A DNA stretch of 64,000 nucleotides. Origin: Candidatus Limnocylindrales bacterium (GTDB taxonomy: Bacteria > Chloroflexota > Limnocylindria > Limnocylindrales > CSP1-4). The stretch spans positions 28,227 to 92,226 of the forward strand of contig JBBQDL010000001.1 of assembly GCA_038319665.1 (NCBI GenBank). The letters are read 5' to 3'. The notes under the pieces are model-generated. The model was not told where the DNA came from. It saw nothing but the letters and a program-made list of their open reading frames with translations, and did no database searches. This document shows positions 10,445 to 18,683 of this stretch, piece after piece. Numbering within the stretch: the first letter of the stretch is position 1; every line of letters starts with the position of its first letter. A program made the position numbers and the translations under genes.

Positions 10445-11197
10445 GTGCCGCTTGATTTCCTGAAGCGCAAGGGTAGGGACGACGCGCCCGCCGTCGCGAG
10501 CCCGGCGTCCAAGTCGTCGGCCCTGATGCCCGAAGAAGTCGTCGCCCAGGACCACCAGCTCAAGCTCTATTACGCAGGCAAGAGCAGCGAGGGCGTCCGC
10601 CTCAAGGCCGGACCTGCCGCGATCGCTGAGCTGCCGATGATGTTGATCGGGCTCGCACAGGCCGAGATCGAGGTCGTCGAACCCCTGCCCATCGAGTTCA
10701 GCCAGGCGACGCCCACGATCGTCAGCCCATCCGAGGCGATGCAGTGGCTCAACGCCCATCACGTCCATTCGCCGATCACCCGGCACGCACTGGTCGTACT
10801 CGAGTCGATCGATGCCGTCGACCTGGCCTTCGATACCTTCGTCTGTTCGCTGCTCGACGGTGAGGTCGACACGTCCGGCTACCCGGAATACAACGCGATC
10901 GTCGGTGGCGTGGCGGCGCACTGGGACGAAGCGACGGGCGACATGATCTGCCGGGCCGTGGTCGGCTGGGGGGGCAAGGGCGTCCGCGGTGATACGGACC
11001 GGATCGGCGCCAAGCTCCTGGGCGGCATCCTCAGCAACATCCTCGCCAGTCAGTACGCGCTCGGGCTGACCAGCATCGAGCGCCCGGTCCCTGCCGCGGG
11101 ACGTGGCGGGCTCGTCTGCGCGCATTGTGGCTTCGCATCGGCCCACGAGCGGGCGTTCTATTGCCCGAAGTGCGGCATGCGCCTCCTCCGCGGCTGA
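10445..11197 (+). CDS. Hypothetical protein with C-terminal zinc ribbon (CxxC-x11-CxxC)
   Basis: 250-aa ORF with a coherent sequence and a C-terminal motif CAHCGFASAHERAFYCPKCG. I recognise no family. Confidence 0.55.
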   Translation: MPLDFLKRKGRDDAPAVASPASKSSALMPEEVVAQDHQLKLYYAGKSSEGVRLKAGPAAIAELPMMLIGLAQAEIEVVEPLPIEFSQATPTIVSPSEAMQWLNAHHVHSPITRHALVVLESIDAVDLAFDTFVCSLLDGEVDTSGYPEYNAIVGGVAAHWDEATGDMICRAVVGWGGKGVRGDTDRIGAKLLGGILSNILASQYALGLTSIERPVPAAGRGGLVCAHCGFASAHERAFYCPKCGMRLLRG

Positions 11198-11211
11198 GAT
11201 CGCCCCGCCAG

Positions 11212-11559
11212 ATGCCCGCCTACGACTACGACTGCGCCGCGTGCGGCCGGCGGTTCGAGGTGATCCACGGCGTCCACGTCGAGGGGCCGACGACGTGCCC
11301 GTCGTGCGGCAAGGGTCCGGTCCGCAAGGCGATCAGCGCGCCGGCGGTCCATTACAAGGGCTCGGGCTGGGCGAAGAAGGAGCGACGGATCACGCCGTCG
11401 ACGGCTGGGTCGAGCGCGAAATCGACCGAGGGCTCCTCCGACGGCGATGGATCCTCGGGCACCGATGGCGGATCGGCCAAGGAGACCGCCACGGCCGGGA
11501 AGCCAGAGACGGCTTCGAAGAAGCCGGTCGACACCGGCGCGACGTCGACGACCGAGTGA
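11212..11559 (+). CDS. FmdB-family putative regulatory zinc-ribbon protein
   Basis: MPAYDYDCAACGRRFEV...CPSCG is the FmdB/zinc_ribbon_9 signature. The C-terminal tail is Ser/Gly/Thr-rich. ATG at 11212 inside track ORF 11125..11559. Confidence 0.7.
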   Translation: MPAYDYDCAACGRRFEVIHGVHVEGPTTCPSCGKGPVRKAISAPAVHYKGSGWAKKERRITPSTAGSSAKSTEGSSDGDGSSGTDGGSAKETATAGKPETASKKPVDTGATSTTE

Positions 11560-11564
11560 CCGGG

Positions 11565-11804
11565 ATGGCCGCGCCGATAGACTGGATCACGCTGGCGGAG
11601 GCGACCGAGATCCTGGCCGCTGCCAACGTCCATTTCACGACGTCGACGATCGGTGGCTGGGCTCGGGTCGGCAGGCTCCAGAGCATCAAGCTGGGTGGCC
11701 GGCGGTTCGTCCGGCGCGGCGAGGTCCGGGCGCTCGTCGCGGCACCCCGCCGGGTCCGTGTCACAGAACTTCAGCCTGTCATGTTCGAGGACCTGGGCGG
11801 CTGA
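11565..11804 (+). CDS. Helix-turn-helix DNA-binding protein (excisionase/MerR-like HTH_17 type)
   Basis: 79 aa. IDWITLAEATEIL...IKLGGRRFVRRGEVRALV resembles excisionase-family HTH domains. No integrase is nearby. Confidence 0.5.
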   Translation: MAAPIDWITLAEATEILAAANVHFTTSTIGGWARVGRLQSIKLGGRRFVRRGEVRALVAAPRRVRVTELQPVMFEDLGG

Positions 11805-11817
11805 AGCGGCCCGACCC

Positions 11818-12735
11818 ATGGACCCGGCTGCGTTCCTCGCGCGGTTCCTCGACCGGCCCAGGGTGGCAAGGGTCATGCGCGTCCTCGACATCTATGGCCG
11901 GGCCGCCGGTGGCCTGCTCGCGAACGGCCTCGCATTCTCGGCGCTCTTCGCCGCCATCCCCATCGCGTTGCTCGTGCTCGGCGTCGGGGGGTTCTTGGCG
12001 GCAGGGAACCCGGCGGCGCGCGATCGGCTTGCCCAGGCCCTGATCGAGGCGTTCCCGCCACTGACCGATCTGATCGATGGGGCTGTGGCGGCCCTCAGCA
12101 GGGGCGCTGCGCTGACGTCGATCATCGGTTTCGTCGGCGTCATCTGGACGGTCAGTCAGCTGTACGGCGCCTTCGATGTCGCATTCGCGCGCATCTTCGC
12201 CGCGGCGCCGGAGCGGGACATCGTCAACCGGACGATCCGCGGCTTGCTCGTGGTCCTCCTGCTGGGGGTCGCGGTCGTGGCGTTCGTGATCCTCGTGTCG
12301 CTGGCCGGGTTCCTCGATGCGCTGATCCCGACGGCGGTGCCCGTCGCGGGTGCCATGGTCGCGGTCGTTCGCTCCGTCCCGTTCCTGATCGCGCTCGCCA
12401 TCGGCATCGTCCTGGTGATGTACCGGACCCTGCCACCGACTGCGCCACGCTGGAGGTCGGCCGGGATCCCGGCGGTCGTCGTCGGCATCGTGGTCGTCAT
12501 CCTGAGCCAGGTCTTCTCGCTCCTCGTGCCCCGACTGGTCGGGGTGGCCGCGCTGGCAGGCTCGCTCGCATCCGCGTTCATCGCGCTGGCCTGGCTGTCG
12601 TTCACGTTCCAGGCGATCCTCTATGGAGCAGCCTGGGTGCGGGCGCGTGACGAGCGGGCCGACGCGGCCGCGACCGAGTCAGGCGGGCTGGGACGCCCCG
12701 CAGCGACGGCAGAACCTGGCGTTGGCGGAGAGTGA
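11818..12735 (+). CDS. YihY/BrkB-family inner membrane protein
   Basis: Six TM helices and the YihY-like stretch GLLANGLAFSALFAAIPIALL...TIRGLLVVLLLG. ATG at 11818 inside track ORF 11653..12735. Confidence 0.75.
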   Translation: MDPAAFLARFLDRPRVARVMRVLDIYGRAAGGLLANGLAFSALFAAIPIALLVLGVGGFLAAGNPAARDRLAQALIEAFPPLTDLIDGAVAALSRGAALTSIIGFVGVIWTVSQLYGAFDVAFARIFAAAPERDIVNRTIRGLLVVLLLGVAVVAFVILVSLAGFLDALIPTAVPVAGAMVAVVRSVPFLIALAIGIVLVMYRTLPPTAPRWRSAGIPAVVVGIVVVILSQVFSLLVPRLVGVAALAGSLASAFIALAWLSFTFQAILYGAAWVRARDERADAAATESGGLGRPAATAEPGVGGE

Positions 12736-14061
12736 CAGCCCGCAGCTGACGCACGGCTGAACGCCGCCGGCAACTCGACCACTCGTTGGGGCCGCGACCT
12801 CTCGTGTCGATTCCGCCCAGAGGGCTTCGAGCCCGCCCTGTGGGGTCGCCGCGCGACCGAGGAATGGCAGGCCGGCCGCCGGAGTGCCGCCAAGCCACTC
12901 GGGCCGTGTCGGCCACTGCGGTTCGGCGTTCGGGGCGGCCGCGGTCGCGGCAGCCGGGAGAGTGGGGCTCGGCTCAGCTGGGTGTACGACAGGGGCCTCG
13001 GCCGCGGGATCCGGGGCCACCATTCGCCAGGTGGGCTGCGGGACGATGTCCACGACCGGGGTCTCGGGGACGGGCTCGGCTGCGACCGGCTCGGGAGCCG
13101 CGACGAATTCGGGCTCGGTCGCGACCGGCTCGGGAACCGCGACGAATTCGGGCTCGGTCGCGACCGCAGCCTCCGCGGCGACGGGCTCGACCCCGCCTGG
13201 CTCGAGCTCGGCAACTGCCTGGGGCTCCGCCACGAACTCGGGCTCGGCGACCATTTCCGGCTCAGGCTCGGAGATGGGGCTCATTTCGGCAGCTGCCTGG
13301 GGCTCGACAGGAGTCTCGACCACGTTCTCGGGCGCGCCGAAGGCCTCAGCTTCGGCGACTGCCTCGGGCTCCGCGACAACCTCGGGCTGGGCTGTCGGTT
13401 CGGCGCGGCGAACCGGTTCGAAGGCATCCAGTCGGGCGTCCATGTTCTCGCCCGGCCGGAACCGCTCGAGCAGACCGCCCGTCTGCGAGGCAGTCTTCTC
13501 GCGGAGGCTGCGGCCAGTCACATTCGGATCCAACACCGGCGCCCCGGCGGTGAGTGATTCGAGTCGGGCGGCCAGATCGAAGGCGCCTTCGTCGTCGCTC
13601 GGTGGCGCGTCCGCCGCCACGGCGTCGATCGCGTGGTCGAAGCCGTTCGAGCCGTTACCACCAGTCGCGCCGTTGAAGCCAACCTCGGGGCCGACGAGTC
13701 CGGTCGTTGCCAGGTCAGGGAATGGGGCCGGCATGATCTCGAGGCCGATATTCGGCGCGCAGGTGAGACAGCGGGCCTCGACCTCGTTCCAGCAATTCGG
13801 GCAGGTGTACTGCCGGCACGTCATGCAGAAGTTGAAGGTCTTGTGGAACGCGTCGAGCTGATGCGAGGTCAACTCACGATCCGTCTCCGACCGGGCAGCG
13901 GCCATCGCCTCGTCCATCGACGTGTCGTCGGACAGCACGAAGTTCTTCAGGCCGCGCGACAGGACGCGGACCCCCTTGAGCCGTGTGCGCGGGCGCGCCG
14001 ACTCGAAGGTGTAGCGAGTGCCACACCGCTCGCAGAATGATTCGGTCAGGATCTCGGTCAT
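12679..14061 (-). CDS. Zinc-ribbon-capped intrinsically disordered repeat protein
   Basis: The N-terminus carries a double zinc ribbon (CERCG...CMTCRQYTCPNCW...CLTC) and the C-terminus a zinc ribbon (CVSCG...CRRCG). The centre holds about 200 aa of acidic PEFVA/PEPVA repeats. The internal ATG at 14061 (MTEILTESFCERCG) is taken as the start; the track ORF extends to 14739. Confidence 0.65.
   Translation of the reverse strand: MTEILTESFCERCGTRYTFESARPRTRLKGVRVLSRGLKNFVLSDDTSMDEAMAAARSETDRELTSHQLDAFHKTFNFCMTCRQYTCPNCWNEVEARCLTCAPNIGLEIMPAPFPDLATTGLVGPEVGFNGATGGNGSNGFDHAIDAVAADAPPSDDEGAFDLAARLESLTAGAPVLDPNVTGRSLREKTASQTGGLLERFRPGENMDARLDAFEPVRRAEPTAQPEVVAEPEAVAEAEAFGAPENVVETPVEPQAAAEMSPISEPEPEMVAEPEFVAEPQAVAELEPGGVEPVAAEAAVATEPEFVAVPEPVATEPEFVAAPEPVAAEPVPETPVVDIVPQPTWRMVAPDPAAEAPVVHPAEPSPTLPAAATAAAPNAEPQWPTRPEWLGGTPAAGLPFLGRAATPQGGLEALWAESTREVAAPTSGRVAGGVQPCVSCGLSLSANARFCRRCGASQPA
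13082..13159. repeat. Two near-identical tandem 39-nt units inside the repeat-protein CDS
   Basis: gcgaccggctcgggagccgcgacgaattcgggctcggtc occurs twice in tandem with one mismatch. Degenerate copies extend over about 13060-13400 and encode the E-P-E-F-V-A 13-aa periodicity. Confidence 0.7.
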
Positions 14062-14246
14062 CGGGTCCCTGGGCTCCGCTCGTAAAGGACGCTCGGATCG
14101 CCAAGCCGCCCAAGCGGGTCGAGAGTATAGCGCAGGCCCGGATGCGCCCTTCCACTGGGCGTACCCCTGCACGGCGCCGAATGTCAGGGTCGGAGTTGGG
14201 CCGTTCAGGGCATCAGCGGACCCTCTGGTAGACTCCGCCACCGACC

Positions 14247-15038
14247 ATGCCGCCCCTCGCCGCCATCGAGCGGTTCTTCGAACGGTTGTTTGAGCGTCCG
14301 TCGGCTCGACTCTTCCGCGCGCGCCTGCAACCGATCCAGCTCCAGCGTCGGATCGAACGCGCGATGGAAGGTGAGCGGCTGACGACCTCCGACCGGACCC
14401 TCGTCCCGAACCGGTTTGTGGTCCACCTGAACCCCAGCGACCTCGCCGACTTCGGCGAGATGTCCACGCGGCTCGCATCCGAGCTCGCCGACAGCGCCCT
14501 CTCTTTCGCGCGCGCGCACCGCTATATGGTCGTGGACCGGCCACGTGTCGACTTGCTGGCCGATCCGACCGTCCTGCGGACCGATATCCGAGTCGAGGCG
14601 CGGTTCGCCGAGCCGATGGTCGGGCGGGCCGGTAGCGCGCCGATCGCGCTCGCCGATAAGGCCGGGGCCGACGCAACCATCGCCGAACCGGATCCATCCG
14701 ACACGAGGGTCTATTCGATCCCGCGTCCACGGACGCCACGGGCGATCCTGCGGGTCTCCGACCCGGACGGCCATGTTCGCGAGGTGGTGGTCGAAGGCGG
14801 CAACCTGACCATCGGACGGGCGACCGACAACGACTTGGTCGCGGTGGACGGGCGCGTATCCCGCCATCACGGGCGGATCGTCGGGCGGCGGGGCACGCTG
14901 GTCTACGAGGACCTGGGCAGCACCAACGGCTCGCGGGTCAACGGTGAACCCGTCACCGAGGTCGTGCTCGGCGTGGGCGACCGGCTCGAGGTGGGGGATA
15001 CGGCGCTGGTCGTCGAGGTCGCCGGGGCGCCCGACTGA
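14247..15038 (+). CDS. fhaA: FhaA-like protein (DUF3662 N-domain plus C-terminal FHA domain)
   Basis: The N-terminus ERFFERLFERPSARLF matches the FhaA/DUF3662 start. The C-terminal FHA motifs are GRATDNDLVAVDGRVSRHHGRI...STNGSRVNGE. Confidence 0.8.
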   Translation: MPPLAAIERFFERLFERPSARLFRARLQPIQLQRRIERAMEGERLTTSDRTLVPNRFVVHLNPSDLADFGEMSTRLASELADSALSFARAHRYMVVDRPRVDLLADPTVLRTDIRVEARFAEPMVGRAGSAPIALADKAGADATIAEPDPSDTRVYSIPRPRTPRAILRVSDPDGHVREVVVEGGNLTIGRATDNDLVAVDGRVSRHHGRIVGRRGTLVYEDLGSTNGSRVNGEPVTEVVLGVGDRLEVGDTALVVEVAGAPD

Positions 15039-15475
15039 TGGACGGCTTCCTGCTCGTGCTATGGGCCGTGCGGCTGCTGTTCCTCGGACTCCTCTACCTC
15101 TTTCTCTTTCGCGTCATCCGGGCGCTGCTGCGCGACCTCCGCGCCGCCGCGCGCGAACCGGGCGCCCGGCCGGGCCGCCTCGTGGTTCTCGAATCGCCCG
15201 GTGGCGAACCCACGGCCGGCCAGTCGTTCGGGCTCGACGTCATCACGCCGCTTGGGCGCGACGTCAACAACGCGATCGTGATCGACGACCCCTTTGCCTC
15301 GGCCGACCACGCCGTCCTGACCTATCGCGGTCGGAGCTGGTATCTGGAAGACTTGGGCAGCACCAACGGGTCGTACATCAATGGGCGCCGGGTCGACGGC
15401 GTGGCACCGATGGGTTTCGGTGATGAGCTCCAGATCGGCCAGGTGCGGATGCGCCTCGAGCGGGCGATCGGATGA
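15038..15475 (+). CDS. fhaB: FhaB/FipA-like membrane-anchored FHA-domain protein
   Basis: An N-terminal TM helix is followed by an FHA domain (GRDVNNAIVIDDPFASADHAVLTY...STNGSYINGRRV). Its ATG overlaps the fhaA stop (TGATG). Confidence 0.75.
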   Translation: MDGFLLVLWAVRLLFLGLLYLFLFRVIRALLRDLRAAAREPGARPGRLVVLESPGGEPTAGQSFGLDVITPLGRDVNNAIVIDDPFASADHAVLTYRGRSWYLEDLGSTNGSYINGRRVDGVAPMGFGDELQIGQVRMRLERAIG

Positions 15476-16905
15476 CGTCCGGAGTGACACCGGTCCTACG
15501 CGGGGTCGCCCTCCGACGGAGCCTCGGGCCGATCCGGCCTCGGCCTCGCTGGCTGGAGCTGCGGCTGCTCGGGTTCGTCGCGGCGGCCCTGGCCGTCGGG
15601 AGTCTCTCGCTCGGTGCGACGGTCGGTGGGACCTTCAAGTTGTATGACGCTCAGGGTCTTGCGATCTACCTTGTTGCGCTCCTCGTCGCGCACGTCACCC
15701 AGGTACTGGCCGGTCGCCGCACGGATCAGGTCCTGCTACCGACCGTGGCGATGCTCGGGGGCATCTCGCTCCTGCTGATGCAGCGGCTGCCGCAGGATCT
15801 CGTCACCCAGACCTTCTTCGGGACGACGCTCGGCCTCGGCCAGGTCCAGCTCGTCTGGCTGCTTCTAGCGCTCGGCGTCGCGACGACGTTGGGGATCGTC
15901 GTCCGCTCGGACAGCTGGCTGCGTCGCTACAAATACACCTGGGCGGCCGTCGGCGTCGGGCTCCTGCTGCTGACGTTCGTGTTCGGTACCGTGATCAATG
16001 GCCAGCGCCTGACGCTCCAGTTGGGTCCCTTCGCCGGCCAGCCGACGGAGCTCCTGAAGGTGATCCTCGTCGTCTTCCTGGCCGGCTACCTCTCGGAGAA
16101 CCGCGCCCTGCTCGTCGAACAGGACACCCGGGTCGGGCCGCTGCGGTTGCCTCCGTTGCCCTACCTCGCGCCGATGGTCGCGATGTGGGCGATCGCCCTG
16201 GTGATCGTCCTCATCCAGCGGGACCTGGGCGCGGCGCTGCTCTTCTTCGGCGTCTTCCTGTCGCTCCTCTACGTCGCGACCGGGCGGTTCAGCCTGGTGA
16301 TCATCGGTCTCGTCCTGTTCCTCCTAGGCAGCGCGCTGATGGCGATGCTGGTCGACCACATCCGGACGCGTGTCGACGTCTGGATCAACCCATTCGCGGA
16401 TCCGCTGGGCGCGGGCTACCAGGTCGTCCAGGCACTCCACGCCTTCGCGCGCGGGGGCCTGCTCGGCGTCGGCCTCGGTGCGGGCCTGCCATCCATCGGC
16501 GGCCGACCGCCGATCCCCGAGGTGCATACCGACTTCCCGCTGGCCGCCCTCGGTGAGGAGCTCGGCATCGTCGGCGTCATCGCGATCCTCGGGCTCTATC
16601 TCGTGGTCGTCGAGCGTGGCTTGCGCATCGGTGCCGCGGCGGCCGACGACTTCCGGTCGCTGGTGGCGATCGGTCTCGCCTTGGTCATCGGGGTCCAGGC
16701 ATTCATCATCGCGGCGGGCGACCTCAAGGTGCTGCCGCTCACCGGCGTGACCCTGCCGTTCATCAGTTACGGCGGTTCCTCGCTGCTCGCGAACGCGCTC
16801 GTCGTCGGGCTGCTCCTGGCGCTCTCGGACAAGGGTGTCGAAGCTCCACCGGCGCCGCGCGTCGGATCGCGCTGGCGGCGGCGCGGTCGACGGGCGACGG
16901 CCTGA
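15472..16905 (+). CDS. rodA: SEDS-family peptidoglycan glycosyltransferase (RodA/FtsW)
   Basis: A polytopic protein with 10 TM helices. Position after fhaAB and before a class B PBP matches the actinobacterial rodA-pbpA arrangement. Confidence 0.85.
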   Translation: MTSGVTPVLRGVALRRSLGPIRPRPRWLELRLLGFVAAALAVGSLSLGATVGGTFKLYDAQGLAIYLVALLVAHVTQVLAGRRTDQVLLPTVAMLGGISLLLMQRLPQDLVTQTFFGTTLGLGQVQLVWLLLALGVATTLGIVVRSDSWLRRYKYTWAAVGVGLLLLTFVFGTVINGQRLTLQLGPFAGQPTELLKVILVVFLAGYLSENRALLVEQDTRVGPLRLPPLPYLAPMVAMWAIALVIVLIQRDLGAALLFFGVFLSLLYVATGRFSLVIIGLVLFLLGSALMAMLVDHIRTRVDVWINPFADPLGAGYQVVQALHAFARGGLLGVGLGAGLPSIGGRPPIPEVHTDFPLAALGEELGIVGVIAILGLYLVVVERGLRIGAAAADDFRSLVAIGLALVIGVQAFIIAAGDLKVLPLTGVTLPFISYGGSSLLANALVVGLLLALSDKGVEAPPAPRVGSRWRRRGRRATA

Positions 16906-18398
16906 TGCTCGGGGGCGCCGCGCGACAGCCGCTTGGACGAACGACGATCCATATCGCGATCGTGCTGTCGGTCGCCTTCTCGGTCCTGGCCCTCGCGGCC
17001 GGTTACTGGGGCGTGGTCGCAGCGCCCGACCTGGTCAGCTCGCCCAACGATGCGGCGGTGATCGCCGCAGCCCGGACCGTGCCACGCGGTCTCATCAAGG
17101 ACCGGAACGGGACGGTCCTGGCCAGCAACAAGAAGGACGCGAATGGCGAGCAGTACCGGGTCTACGCCGGTCGGGCCATCAGCCAGGTCATCGGGTACGC
17201 CTCACCCTTCTATGGCCGGGCCGGGTTGGAGCGCGCGTATGACGCTGAACTGACGGGTCTGGTCGGCGATCCGTTGAGCGACGCGTTCGCGAAGTTCGGG
17301 GCCGACCGCTACGACCCGAAGGACCTCACGCTCTCGCTTTCTTTTGATCTGCAGAAAGCCGCTGTGGCGGCGCTCGGCAAGCACCGCGGCGCGATCGTGA
17401 TGCTCGATCCGAAGACAGGGCAGGTCCTCGCGCTCGCCTCGACCCCGACCTATGACGGGTCGGCCATCACCAACCCGACGACAGCGCACGACGCCTTCGC
17501 GGCACTCCAGGCCGATCCGGCCCAGCCGCTCCTGCCCCGGGCGACCCTGGGCCGCTACGTGCCCGGTTCGGTCTTCAAGATCGTGACAGCAGTGGCTGGG
17601 CTGGGCTCCGGAGCGATCACCCCGGCCACGACCTACAAGCAGCAGCCCGGCGCGGAGAAGAGCGGCCTGCTGGTCGACGGCTTCCGGGTCCGCGATGGCC
17701 ATCACCCCCAGACCGGCAACACGCCACTCGACCTCGTCGGTGCGACGGAGGTGTCGTGCAACATCTACTACGCGCTGACCGGGCTCCAGACCGGCGGGGC
17801 GGCCCTCGTCGAATACGCCAAGCGGATGGGGTTCGGATCGCCTTTGCCGTTCGACCTCCCGACCGCTGTCTCGCAGGTCACCAACGGCGGCGGAAAGCAG
17901 CCGGGCGGCTTCACCGACGATGTCGAGCTCGCGAACGCCGCGTACGGTCAGGCCGAGGTGTTCGTCACCCCGCTCCAGATGGCGCTGGTCGCCGGGACCG
18001 TGGCCAACGACGGGGACTTGATGCAGCCGCAACTGGTGACCGCGCTGACCGGCAAGCACAGCGGGACGCGGACGATCGGCCCGCACTCGTTGGGCCAGGT
18101 CATCTCGAAAGCGAATGCCCAGTCGATCAACGCCGCGATGGTGCAGGCGGTCGAAGGCCCGCTCGGCCGTCAATTCACGACAGGGGCGAAGATCCCGGGC
18201 GTCCTCACCGCCGGCAAGTCCGGCACGGCCCAGCTCGGCGGCACGGGTGAGCCACATTCCTGGTTCATCGGCTTCGCCCCAGCCAACGACCCGAAAGTCG
18301 CCATCGCCGTCCTGGTCGAGCAGGCCGGACGCGGCGGCGAGGTCGCAGCACCGATCGCCGGCGACCTGATGACCCGCTACCTCGCGGGGCTCCAGTGA
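16905..18398 (+). CDS. pbpA: Class B penicillin-binding protein (PBP2/PbpA transpeptidase)
   Basis: Transpeptidase motifs SVFK (SxxK), SCN (SxN) and KSGT (KTG). An N-terminal TM anchor is present. The start overlaps the rodA stop. Confidence 0.9.
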   Translation: MLGGAARQPLGRTTIHIAIVLSVAFSVLALAAGYWGVVAAPDLVSSPNDAAVIAAARTVPRGLIKDRNGTVLASNKKDANGEQYRVYAGRAISQVIGYASPFYGRAGLERAYDAELTGLVGDPLSDAFAKFGADRYDPKDLTLSLSFDLQKAAVAALGKHRGAIVMLDPKTGQVLALASTPTYDGSAITNPTTAHDAFAALQADPAQPLLPRATLGRYVPGSVFKIVTAVAGLGSGAITPATTYKQQPGAEKSGLLVDGFRVRDGHHPQTGNTPLDLVGATEVSCNIYYALTGLQTGGAALVEYAKRMGFGSPLPFDLPTAVSQVTNGGGKQPGGFTDDVELANAAYGQAEVFVTPLQMALVAGTVANDGDLMQPQLVTALTGKHSGTRTIGPHSLGQVISKANAQSINAAMVQAVEGPLGRQFTTGAKIPGVLTAGKSGTAQLGGTGEPHSWFIGFAPANDPKVAIAVLVEQAGRGGEVAAPIAGDLMTRYLAGLQ

Positions 18399-18649
18399 CA
18401 GAGCCGGCCGAGCCGGCGGTACGGCCGCCGGATCCCGCCGAGCCGCTGCGCGAGGCGAGCGCGCCGCGGGAGCCGCGGCCCATCCTCGAGCGGATCGGCC
18501 TGGCCGCCGTGGCGGCCCTACTGGCCATCCTCTTCGGCGGGGTCGCGGCCGCGTCGTGGATCGGCGGCGAACCGTTCCTCACAGTGATGGGCGGCGTCGG
18601 CTGCCTGATGACCGCCTGGGTCGGGCTCATCACCCTCGTCCGCGGCTGA
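18395..18649 (+). CDS. Small hypothetical membrane protein, possibly translationally coupled to pbpA
   Basis: 84 aa with a 4-nt overlap onto the pbpA stop. Two hydrophobic helices (LAAVAALLAILFGGVAAASWI and VGCLMTAWVGLITLV). Confidence 0.45.
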   Translation: MTEPAEPAVRPPDPAEPLREASAPREPRPILERIGLAAVAALLAILFGGVAAASWIGGEPFLTVMGGVGCLMTAWVGLITLVRG

Positions 18650-18650
18650 G

Positions 18651-18683
18651 GCGCGCAGGCCCGTTCACGGGCCCTCGGCGCGC
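18651..18683. terminator. GC-rich hairpin between convergent gene ends
   Basis: GCGCGCAG-GCCCG-TTCA-CGGGC-CCTCG-GCGCGC lies between the stop of the small membrane ORF at 18649 and the stop of the GH63 gene at 18665. No U-tract follows. Confidence 0.3.

Noticed and set aside
11565-11804. Excisionase-like HTH gene considered as a marker of an integrated mobile element
   Set aside because: There is no integrase, recombinase, attachment-site repeats or compositional island nearby, and the neighbours are core genes.
13082-13159. Tandem 39-nt repeats considered as a possible CRISPR or VNTR locus
   Set aside because: There are only two near-identical units with no spacer-repeat alternation, and they lie in frame inside a CDS. 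This is a coding tandem repeat, not CRISPR.
12621-13861. Several Ser/Thr/Gly/Ala- or Pro/Arg-rich ORFs (12621..13214 minus, 12786..13553 plus, 12884..13861 plus) overlapping the repeat-protein gene
   Set aside because: They are mirror or alternate-frame images of the acidic PE(F)VA repeat region. Only the minus-strand frame carries zinc ribbons and a coherent N-terminal domain.
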